NCBI GenBank assembly: GCA_002269645.1
Contig: NIVC01000056.1
Location: 1 to 64,000, forward strand
Origin: Macrostomum lignano
Lineage: Eukaryota
DNA length: 64,000 bases
Direction: 5' to 3'
The notes beneath the pieces are model-generated. The model worked only from the letters and a program-made list of their open reading frames with translations. It searched no databases and had not been told where the DNA came from. Positions 34,601 through 43,168 of the stretch are shown here, piece by piece. Every line of letters begins with the position of its first letter. Position 1 is the first letter of the stretch. A program made the position numbers and the translations under genes.

Positions 34601-35283
34601 ACCGCAACGTCAGCGTGTTCGAGACGCCGCAGCTCAGCGTCAGGGACGGCCGCAGCGTCGGCGGCGAAGGCGGTCGCGGAGGTCGCCAGCAGCCGCCGCC
34701 GTCGGTGCCGGGAGCCCCGCCGTCGGACCTGCTGTTCGGCGCCCTGGCCGGAGCCGCCGTCGCCGCCGTCGCCCTGGTGGCCGCCTGCGGAGTCGCCGCC
34801 GCGCTGCGCTGCCGTCAGCGGCACCGGAGAGGCCGTTTGGCGCGGGCAGCCGCCGCCGCCGGCTTTCAGCAGCAGCAGCAGCAGCTGCGGCACCCGTTGA
34901 GAAGCGCCACGGGGGTCAGCCTGGACGCCATGCTGCAGCAGTGCTCCGGCCCGCTGACCATGGAGATTCCGCCGCCGCCGCCGCCGCTGCCGGCGCAGAT
35001 GCCGCCGGATGTCATCCGCAACGACTGGTGCTGGAGCTGCTCGCTGCAGCCGCCGGCCTCCGCTGCGCAGCTTCATCACCAGCATCACCAGCATCACCAG
35101 CAGCCGCACCAGTTCTGCCCGGTGTTCGTTGCCACGCCGTCTCTGCCAGCCACCAGTGCGACCACAGCTGGGACGGGGAGTCGCAGCCTCTGCGGCACTC
35201 CGCAGCCGCCTCTGCTGCGCCCGCAGCCGCGCTTGGCCACTGAGCAGCGTCCGACCGACGATGAGGCGGTGCCGTTCGACTGA
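31615..35283 (+). CDS. Intronless type I membrane Ig-superfamily adhesion receptor, 1222 aa (nephrin/echinoid-like)
   Basis: Signal peptide; seven Ig units (C...W...D-x-G-x-Y/F-x-C, the 7th lacking its first Cys); FN3 with the nephrin/echinoid-type WQSGHSGGQPQTF motif plus a possible degenerate second FN3; TM LLFGALAGAAVAAVALVAACGVAAAL; Q/P/H-rich cytoplasmic tail. Confidence 0.88.
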   Translation: MPHRTCLQLVCFPALLLSALFAHHNCLGQPVSVSARVLHPTGRLRVGDTVRIECTVSGHRPSLAVRLRCPIASLVDNCLENCNRVCADPAVCAEEPRLRQVACAVVDRRNGTVTYAYNINNVDTDFSGDWQCRHLGASSRPQALRVFQRPRILGVAFNTSGGAVPESRPVEAVCVADADPLAGRLQFDWLRVDAATGQKVDLPSGRQFVVDSVNATASRLLLRHAGRSDKGEFVCRARNPAGGEDQRLARLAVAHPPSAVRLVVGAADPQQAGARLPLDCLVEGGYPANQVARYYRRRPGTPEAAEGEADGEEVQPPVTLQAADNGAEFFCCAGSVCSRRQSIGVNFPPDGGSGIGGVGLSLESVGPAEEAVEEGSDWLFDCEAAAPSNPVSRLSWSLVEPSGRVRHLPDAEAAATVTGDQVPDGPSGLRARSRLVLRANRWLSGADLRCSLTFSGQVLAERRRRLRVAFPPSGVTMEVADGPASSDVSVAPGGRLRLVCRVAESEPPARVSWWRRRPRRPPTGDWPAAASSSTTNLTALATSRLAQSADGEFPGSRLISELTVPDTGLDAHGDVYECSAAHLALRPGATVAAQLTVRIQHPPSVSVSVQPAAAVEGGSVAIVCDAEGGWPLADSTATVEWRHQPAAPSGASERRLDSGARVLRIAKTDWRDAGLYTCAVRTRDDLPQGVGTATLSLLHPPRPLRLFDDIDDGDAEVGLTSSDVGEPARLLVRAEANPPAKALEWRRLSDNGESPQQPMPRGRSFARPSHGEFGLAIDSVRRSDFGLYDCLLANSLGRRRFRVLLAPPGPPRPPRRLRLAAPATAVSARVAWQSGHSGGQPQTFQLQWRRANHPDWPAAGLQLSGLADRGEGRTVEADLSGLEPATSYAVRVRAVAVRRFGPSPWTSPELSFATKPLPAIAAASLRLSGCCRLEFEPPVPAESFTRVTARLCPAGVVSGGGCRHLPLPAEAVRRGSAELDKAGGAADYRVSLVVWDRNVSVFETPQLSVRDGRSVGGEGGRGGRQQPPPSVPGAPPSDLLFGALAGAAVAAVALVAACGVAAALRCRQRHRRGRLARAAAAAGFQQQQQQLRHPLRSATGVSLDAMLQQCSGPLTMEIPPPPPPLPAQMPPDVIRNDWCWSCSLQPPASAAQLHHQHHQHHQQPHQFCPVFVATPSLPATSATTAGTGSRSLCGTPQPPLLRPQPRLATEQRPTDDEAVPFD

Positions 35284-35958
35284 CGAGCTTTGATGCCGAA
35301 ATCTTGACTGACTCATTTGAGTAAAAAATTAGTTCTCTTTGGTTTCTGAAATTGCAGTCTCCATCCTGAGGTAGTTATTGTAAAATTTTTGAAGAAATTT
35401 TCGAAAAGAGGCAGCTCCCGATGAGATCTCCAGGGAAGAAATTCCCAATTAACCCCCCGAGGGAGGGAATTCCCAATTAGTCCTCCCAGTGAGGGAATTC
35501 CCAAACAGATTCCTAGAGGGGGAAGATCCGAAAATACTCTAGTGAGGGAATTCCCCATTTTTTCCAAGAAAAGAATTCCCAAGGAGCTCCCGAGAATCTC
35601 AAACCATCGTTGAGCCTCAGGGTTCGTTGCTTTGTCGCATTTTCCCTTGATTCTCAGCAATTTCGTCAGTAAAAAAGGCAGGCAATAATTCAGTTTTTTT
35701 TCATTTTTAAAGTGGCTCATTTGATGCACCCTAATCAGGCAATACGACCTCGTAAAACTCACCTGAGCCACCAGCTCTGACTGAAATTCCATTCAACCTA
35801 CCTGCTCTGAGTTTGAAACTGGGCACTGTACAATTTATAACAAAATCGAACACATTTTAGATGCTCGCAATAGACTTGAATTGCTCCGCCTCTGTGCAAG
35901 TACCAACCACTGATCTGCCGAACTCCAGACTTTTTGTTTGAACTTTCACGTTATTTAT

Positions 35959-36370
35959 GTTGCTAGGCTGTCTAGTTGCTAAGCAGGCGAGTTGCTAGGC
36001 TGTCTAGTTGCTAGGCTGTCTAGTTGCTAGGCTGTCTAGTTGCTAGGCTGTCTAGTTGCTAGGCTGTCTAGTTGCTAGGCTGTCTAGTTGCTAAGCTGTC
36101 TAGTTGCTAAGCAGGCGAGTTGCTAGGCTGTCTAGTTGCTAGGCTGTCTAGTTGCTAAGCTGTCTAGTTGCTAAGCATGTGAGTTGCTAGGCTGTCTAGT
36201 TGCTAAGCAGGCAAGTTGTTAGGCTGTCTAGTTGCTAAGCTGTCTAGTTGCTAAGCTGTCTAGTTGCTAGGCTGTCTAGTTGCTAAGCTGTCTAGTTGCT
36301 AAGCAGGCGAGTTGCTAGGCTGTCTAGTTGCTAAGCTGTCTAGTTGCTAAGCTGTATAGTTGCTAGGCTG
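35959..36370. repeat. 16-bp minisatellite (GTTGCTAGGCTGTCTA)n
   Basis: Tandem unit read directly. Confidence 0.93.
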
Positions 36371-37133
36371 GATTGCCCTAGATTTTGTTACGCAAAAGCA
36401 GAAATTTGACAGTCAAGCCGCTGTCCTCGAACACGCGCCATCTCCCCCTCAAGAAAGCGGTCGAGCTGCTGTGTGGTGTCGAGAAGCTATGAACACGCAG
36501 CACTAGTTGGTCCATTTTTTCTGCTTTCGCAAGAAGTGACTGATGCGATGCCGCATTGACGACAGGCCACCAGATGGCGCTTGTCAAGGATTTCTATTAG
36601 CTTCAGCATCTGGACTGGAAGGAGCCTGGTAGTTTAATAAAATTATGCTGCAGAAAAACTCGGCCTACAGTTGTATGAATATAGTCTTGGGAACAGCCAC
36701 GACTCCCGTCTCTGGTTCTGGGAGTCCTTGTAGAGGGGATAACGATTTTTCGCCATCCTCCAGTCCAGATGCTTCTTATCTTCCAGGCAGTCCTTGGCCA
36801 AATCCTTTTTCGGTGGGAGTTGGGGAATAGCGAATCGCCACTAGCAACCGAGGGGGAGGGAGCGGCATGGGAGACGAATTAGAGAGACACCCAGCGACTG
36901 CCATGTATGGAGGGGATTTCACTAAATGGCTGGCAACAGACAAAACCATTAGCTCGCAAATTTTTGCTGTTTTGCTACCACAAGAATAAGAAGAACAAGA
37001 AACTGCAGCAGCAATGCGAGCTGGATAAAGAATGTCTTTCCGTAGCGGTCAGACTGAATGTACTTTTAGAGTTTTATAATTCACTGTTCTATTCAGGGGG
37101 AGATGGGAGTTGGTGCCTTGTCCATATTCCTTG

Positions 37134-37850
37134 TCTTTTAGTGCCTGTCTTTTTGTGCCTGTCTTTTAGTTTCTGTCTTTCAGTGCCTGTCTTTTAGTGT
37201 CTGTCTTTTAGTGTCTGTCTTTTAGTGTCTGTCTTTTTCTTTCTGTCTTTTATTGTCTGACTTTTAGTGTCTGTCTTTTTGTGCCTGTCTTTTAGTGTCT
37301 GTCTTTTTGTTTCTGTCTTTTAGTGCCTGTCTTTTAGTTTCTGTCTTTTAGTGTCTGTCTTTTAGTGTCTGTCTTTTAGTGTCTGTCTTTTTCTTTCTGT
37401 CTTTTAGTGTCTGTCTTTTAGTGTCTGTCTTTTAGTGTCTGTCTTTTAGTGTCTGTCTTATAGTTTCTGTCTTTTAGTGCCTGTCTTTTAGTGTCTGTCT
37501 TTTTCTTTCTGTCTTTTAGTGTCTGTCTTTTAGTGTCTGTCTTTTAGTGTCTGTCTTTTAGTTTCTGTCTTTTAGTGTCTGTCTTTTAGTGCCTGTCTTT
37601 TAGTGCCTGTCTTTTAGTTTCTGTCTTTTAGTGTCTGTCTTTTTGTTTCTGTCTTTTAGTGCCTGTCTTTTAGTGTCTGTCTTTTAGTGTCTGTCTTTTA
37701 GTTTCTGTCTTTTAGTGTCTGTCTTTTTGTTTCTGTCTTTTTGTTTCTGTCTTTTAGTGTCTGTCTTTTAGTGCCTGTCTTTTAGTTTCTGTCTTTTAGT
37801 GTCTGTCTTTTAGTGTCTGTCTTTTAGTGCCTGTCTTTTATTGCCTGTAC
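37134..37850. repeat. 14-bp minisatellite (TGTCTGTCTTTTAG)n
   Basis: About 50 copies. Confidence 0.93.
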
Positions 37851-37970
37851 TGCAGTGCCCGCCTCTCCGCCTGTACTGAGGCCAGCCGGTTTCAATTAGT
37901 TAACAATTGAGTTAAGTAATAATTTGATGCAGACAGAAATTGGGGCATCAGAGACTGTGCGTGACAGGAA

Positions 37971-37976
37971 TTTATT
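37971..37976 (-). promoter_or_regulatory. Candidate polyadenylation signal (AATAAA) of the neuropeptide gene
   Basis: AATAAA on the minus strand, ~135 nt past the stop codon at 38112. Confidence 0.5.
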
Positions 37977-38111
37977 TTACTAGCAGGTGAGAGCAATACG
38001 CTGGGAAAATATTGACGCAGTAAATGTGCTATTTAGTATATTGTCCTGTGATATTACGCGAGAAATTTAAGCTCATAGTCGCCTCAAACTTCACTCGAAC
38101 CGGAGGCTGGG

Positions 38112-38488
38112 TCAGCCGATGGGGCAAGCGCGGCGGTCGTACATGCGGCAGCGCTTGCCCAGTTGAAGCAGCAGGTTGGCGTTGGTGAGCTCTGAAAATT
38201 TGCGTGCGCAATTAAGTTGAAGTTGAAACTGGGGGTCTCAGACGACTCTCGTGTGATTCCCAGCTATGATGGCAGACACCCAGTGCTCAGAGACTGTACA
38301 TGCCTGATTGGAGAGCTATCACTAAACTATAATTTACCTTCACTGTCCCCAGACAGCCGCAGACCCGAGAGCTCGCCGGCAGTGTCAGAATTGACGCCTG
38401 GAATTGGTGCCGCGTCCACCTCTGCTTTTAGAAGAAGAATTACAGCAAAAACTGACAGCAATAAAATGAAGTTGAAAGCTCGCCGCAT
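38112..38488 (-). CDS. Neuropeptide prohormone, 76 aa, 2 exons; predicted C-terminal cyclic peptide CRMYDRRACPIG
   Basis: Exon 1 38488-38338 (151 nt, GAAG|GTAAAT) plus exon 2 38191-38112 (80 nt, TTTTCAG|AG) join in phase 1 to give MRRAFNFILLLSVFAVILLLKAEVDA-APIPGVNSDTAGELSGLRLSGDSEELTNANLLLQL-GKR-CRMYDRRACPIG*. Not in the ORF track. Confidence 0.8.
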
Positions 38489-38573
38489 GCTGGCTGTGGA
38501 ACTAAAATTTCCAAAATACTTGAACCAGGCTGTTCTGCCGAGAGCTGTCGAGTTCTAGAGAGAACTGACTGTC

Positions 38574-38581
38574 TTTTATAG
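38574..38581 (-). promoter_or_regulatory. TATA box (CTATAAAAG) of the neuropeptide gene
   Basis: Canonical TATAAAAG ~90 nt upstream of the ATG at 38488. Confidence 0.55.
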
Positions 38582-38989
38582 AATTTCTTTCGCATCCACC
38601 CCAGCAACAATTTTTTCGAGTTCAATTATGCTTTCGAAAAAAAGGATTTTTTGTGTGAAAAAGCATCAGTCTTGGCGCCTTTGACCATTCCTCGCTGCCC
38701 ACTCTGGTTTCAAAGCAGATTCTGCAGCCATTTTGTGCTCAACAATTCAGTGTCTGTCTTTGAAAAGGAAAATTATCTGCTCCGGTTTCCAGGCAAAAAA
38801 GCAGACCTGAGTCTTGGCAGAAGCCAATTTGCCTGTTTTCATGCCGTGTGAATGGTGAAAATTCAGCAAAACAAGTTTTCGTTGAGAAAGAAAATTGCAG
38901 GCAGCACTGTTGTGCCAATATTTACGTAATTTGTTAAACCTGTCCTCAATAAATAAATTATAATTGATGATTTCCCAGAATATGCCGAA

Positions 38990-39710
38990 GCACTCCCCCT
39001 CGCCTTCTTCTCATCTCACTCTCGCCTCCCCTCCCACTCTCCCTCTCCCCTCCCACTCTCTCTCTCCCCTCCCACTCTCCCTCTCCTCCCACTCTCCCTC
39101 TCCCCTCCCACTCTCTCTCTCCCCTACCACTCTCCCTCCCCTCCCACTCTCCCTCTCCTCCCACTCTCCCTCTCCCCTCCCACTCTCTCTCTCCCCTACC
39201 ACTCTCCCTCTCCTCCCACTCTCCCTCTCCTCCCACTCTCCCTCTCCTACCACTCTCCCTCTCCCCTCCTACTCTCTCTCTCCCCTCCCACTCTCCCTCT
39301 CCTCCCACTCTCCCTCTCCTCCCACTCTCCCTCTCCTACCACTCTCCCTCTCCCCTCCTACTCTCTCTCTCCCCTCCCACTCTCCCTCTCCTCCCACTCT
39401 CCCTCTCCTCCCACTCTCCCTCTCCTCCCACTCTCCCTCTCCTACCACTCTCCCTCTCCCCTCCTACTCTCTCTCTCCCCTCCCACTCTCCCTCTCCTCC
39501 CACTCTCCCTCTCCTCCCACTCTCCCTCCCCTCCCACTCTCTCTCTCCCCTACCACTCTCTCTCTCCCCTACCACTCTCCCTCTCCCCTCCCACTCTCCC
39601 TCTCCCCTCCCACTCTCTCTCTCCCCTACCACTCTCTCTCTCCCCTACCACTCACCCTCTCCCCTCCCACTCTCTCTCTCCCCTCCCACCCTCCCACTCC
39701 TCTCCCTTCT
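38990..39710. repeat. Polypyrimidine array (CTCCCACTCTCCCTCTC-like)
   Basis: Seen directly. Confidence 0.92.
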
Positions 39711-39819
39711 ACCATTTTTTCTAGCCATAATCTTTGATGCCAGATTTCATTGATGATGAAGCAAGCTATGGTGTGTACGAAAAACTCGTGATTGTGAAAT
39801 TGAGAGCTGGATGGTGCGA

Positions 39820-40397
39820 TGGAGATAGACAGGGAGAGAGGGAGAGTGATTGAGAGACAGGGAGAGTGATTGGGAGAGAGACAGGGTGAGTGATGGAGAG
39901 AGACAGGAAGATTGATTGAGAGATAGGGAGAGCGATGGAGAGAGACTGGAGAGAGACAGAGAGATTGATAGAGAGAGACAGGGAGAGTGATGGAGAGAGA
40001 CACGGAGAGTGATGGAGAGAGACAGGGAGAGTGATGGAGAGAGACAGGGAGAGTGATGGAGAGACAGGGAGAGTGATGGAGAGACAGGGAGAGTGATGGA
40101 GAGACAGGGATAGTGATGGAGAGAGACACGGAGAGTGATGGAGAGAGACACGGAGAGTGATGGAGAGAGACACGGAGAGTGATGGAGAGAGACAGGGAGA
40201 GTGGTGGAGAGAGACAGGGAGAGTGATGGAGAGAGACAGGGAGAGTGGTGGAGAGAGACAGGGAGAGTGATGGAGAGAGACAGGGAGAGTGATGGAGAGA
40301 GACAGGGAGAGTGATGGAGAGAGACAGGGAGAGTGATGGAGAGAGACAGGGAGAGTGATGGAGAGACAGGGAGAGTGATGGAGAGAGACAGGGAGAG
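39820..40397. repeat. Purine-rich 22-bp array (GGGAGAGTGATGGAGAGAGACA)n
   Basis: Seen directly. Confidence 0.92.
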
Positions 40398-40758
40398 ACC
40401 ACAGTGAGCAGCACGGGCGGATAAGCAGTGTAGTCAGCCCGCAGTGCAGTGCATTGTGGATCAAAGCATGGAGATACGGCAAGGCGGGAAGGCATCTAAT
40501 TTTGCCTTCGTTTCCTCAATGCGCAGCTGTTGCTGCCTCAGTCTGTTTCAGAATTCTTCCTCCAAATTTGGGATATTCGATTCTGCGACGGTGCTGGCTG
40601 GGTTAGGGTCGGGGACGCCAAGCTGCCTGAGGATTTCGATAATAGAAAATGGTTTGTTATCTCTAGGAAATTAATAATTCTTCTTGGATTTAACTTATTT
40701 TTCGCTAGATATTCTTTCTGTATTTGGACAGCGTGCTAAGATTTAGAGTTACAATTTC

Positions 40759-41217
40759 AGAGTGTTATGAACAATGCCAGAGTGTTATGAACAATGCCAG
40801 AGTGTTATGAACAATGCAAGAGTGTTATGAACCATTTCAGAGTGTTATGAACAATGCCAGAGTGTTATGAACAATTCCAGAGTGTTATGAACAATGCCAG
40901 AGTGTTGTGAACAATGCCAGAGTGTTATGAACAATGCCAGAGTGTTATGAACAATTCCAGAGTGTTATGAACAATGCCAGAGTGTTATGAACAATGCCAG
41001 AGTGTTATGAACAATGCCAGAGTGTTATGAACAATGCCAGAGTGTTATGAACAATGCCAGAGTGTTATGAACAATGCCAGAGTGTTATGAACAATGCCAG
41101 AGTGTTATGAACAATGCCAGAGTGTTATGAACAATGCCAGAGTGTTATGAACAATGCCAGAGTGTTATGAACAATGCCAGAGTGTTATGAACAATGCCAG
41201 AGTGTTATGAACAATGC
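40759..41217. repeat. 20-bp minisatellite (AGAGTGTTATGAACAATGCC)n
   Basis: About 23 near-identical copies. Confidence 0.95.
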
Positions 41218-42274
41218 CCCACAGTCTAACACAGAGGAACTCCCGCACTGCATCAAACAATGTGCAGCATTAATATTTTTCCGCCAGCAAAGAGCCGGCA
41301 AAAATGTTATCTGCCGCAAGCAGCACGCAAATCCGCAACAAGCGGCGCAGCCCAGCACCCCCAACCCGAACTACCAAAGCGATCTGCCTGTCCCTCAGCC
41401 GACTTTGGGCTTCCCCGATCCCCATGGGACCTGAATTTGTCCGCCCCGAACCCCAGGGCGGAACAGACGCTGCCGCCAGTCATCTGTCGAGCAGGACGGT
41501 AAAAGTACAAACGGATGGTTGCTTACAGCGAGGCACAGGAGCTCAGTGATAAAGTCTGACTCCACCGCCATGCACCTTATTTAGCATTCATTTTTGGTAA
41601 AAAAAAGTTCCCAACAGCCTCTGATCCTCTGATCCAGTCCTTGAGCTGTCAATTTTACAAACCAGATTCAACGGATCGAAATGATTCAGCAAATTTTTGT
41701 GCGCTATGTGTCACCTTCCAATCCAGACGTCTAGCAGTCCCTGGTTTAAGATAAGAAACGCATTCAAACAAATTTTATTTTGAGAATGCAGAATGCAGAA
41801 GGAAAATTATCTAGAAGGGAGATTTTCTCAACTGAATAATTGCCTCCATCTCCAGCTTCTCTTGAGTTTGCGGGTATATTTATAGAAGCAGCAATTTTCA
41901 TGCAGCGATTAAAAAGATTTTTTGTTTTGTGCAACTTTTCTCTCCGTTATCTTTTTAGTCTTTGAGTAAGCGGGGATTTTATAAATATGGGATTAAAAGA
42001 GATTACAGAAATGCAAATGATTTGGTGAAATTTGTTCATGGATGAGGTGATATTTTGTCGCAAATTGGCTGGCTGGGGGCACTCCACTCTCTTTGCAGGC
42101 TCTCTTTGCTTTGAGGGCCGACAGAACAGCGCTGCTTATGAGAGCTCCAACACTTCAGATTTGGGGCCTTCCAATTTCGAGGTTCTCAGAGAGCAAGCTA
42201 AAAATGTAAAAATGTAAATCTAACATTATTAAATCATTTGCTGCACGGCTCCGGACCGCGCTCGAAGTTGACGC

Positions 42275-42428
42275 TCTATGACTCACTCTATGACTCACTC
42301 TATGACTCACTCTATGACTCACTCTATAACTCACTGAGTGACTCACTCTATGACTCACCGGGTGAATCACTCTATGACTCACTCTATGACTCACTGAGTG
42401 AATCACTCTATGACTCACTCTATGACTC
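42275..42428. repeat. 12-bp array (CTATGACTCACT)n
   Basis: About 12 units, most containing TGACTCA. Confidence 0.92.
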
Positions 42429-42717
42429 AACGAAATCACCCATTAAATTTAGCTTCTCAATGCTCCAATATCGGCCCCAGCAAGCTAGCTAGATGAAAGA
42501 AAAATCTTATATACAGAAATAAGAGTATTCAAAAAAGTATTTCAATGAATTCTAATGAGGCAGACGAGTTGGGGAGCTGACGTAAAAAAAGAGGACTCAG
42601 GCGAAATAATATAGAATGAGAATTTGCATTGTTCTGCTGGGTGTGCTGCTCGAGTGCATTGTGAGTAACTCAAGCTGCTCTCCTTAATTCAGTTATAAAT
42701 CGTCAGCTTCCTCAGCT

Positions 42718-43101
42718 TCATCGTCTCTTGCTCTGCGCCGCTGCCGCCGCCGCCGCCATCCGCTTGATGATGAGGCTGGTGGGGAGGCTGCGGCAGCCGG
42801 CTGTCACCGGATCGCTCAGTCCGTTGCCGAAGATGCTGTTGGTCTCCGACACGCCGTACATCAGGGGTGGGCGGCCTCCGCTGCGCCGGGTGAACTCCTG
42901 CCGGGGCAGGGAGGGGGTCGGGTGACCTCTGTGAGAGACTGGCTGCGTGCTAGTGACGTGAGAGGTGGGTGAGAGTGACATTGAGAGTGAGAATGAGATT
43001 AAGATTAAGAGTTAGAGTAAGGTGAATATTCAGAGTGAGAGTGAGATTGAGATTGAGAGTGAGAGTAAGAGTGAGATTGAGAGTGATAGTGAGAGTGAGA
43101 T

Positions 43102-43168
<67 letters not shown>

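Noticed and set aside
31511-35316. Many long overlapping and antisense ORFs across the Ig receptor (also over SMEK, PUR-like and LRR exons)
   Set aside because: Shadow ORFs expected from very high GC; Arg/Pro/Ala-rich with no domain motifs.
36400-36850. Short coding-looking frames (KPLSSNTRHLPLKKAVELLCGVEKL on +; KDLAKDCLEDKKHLDW on -)
   Set aside because: No start codon or linked exon, and the lengths are within chance expectation.
40557-40655. Possible + strand exon EFFLQIWDIRFCDGAGWVRVGDAKLP (WD-like IWDIR)
   Set aside because: Short, weak donor, and no reliable partner exon or recognisable homology.
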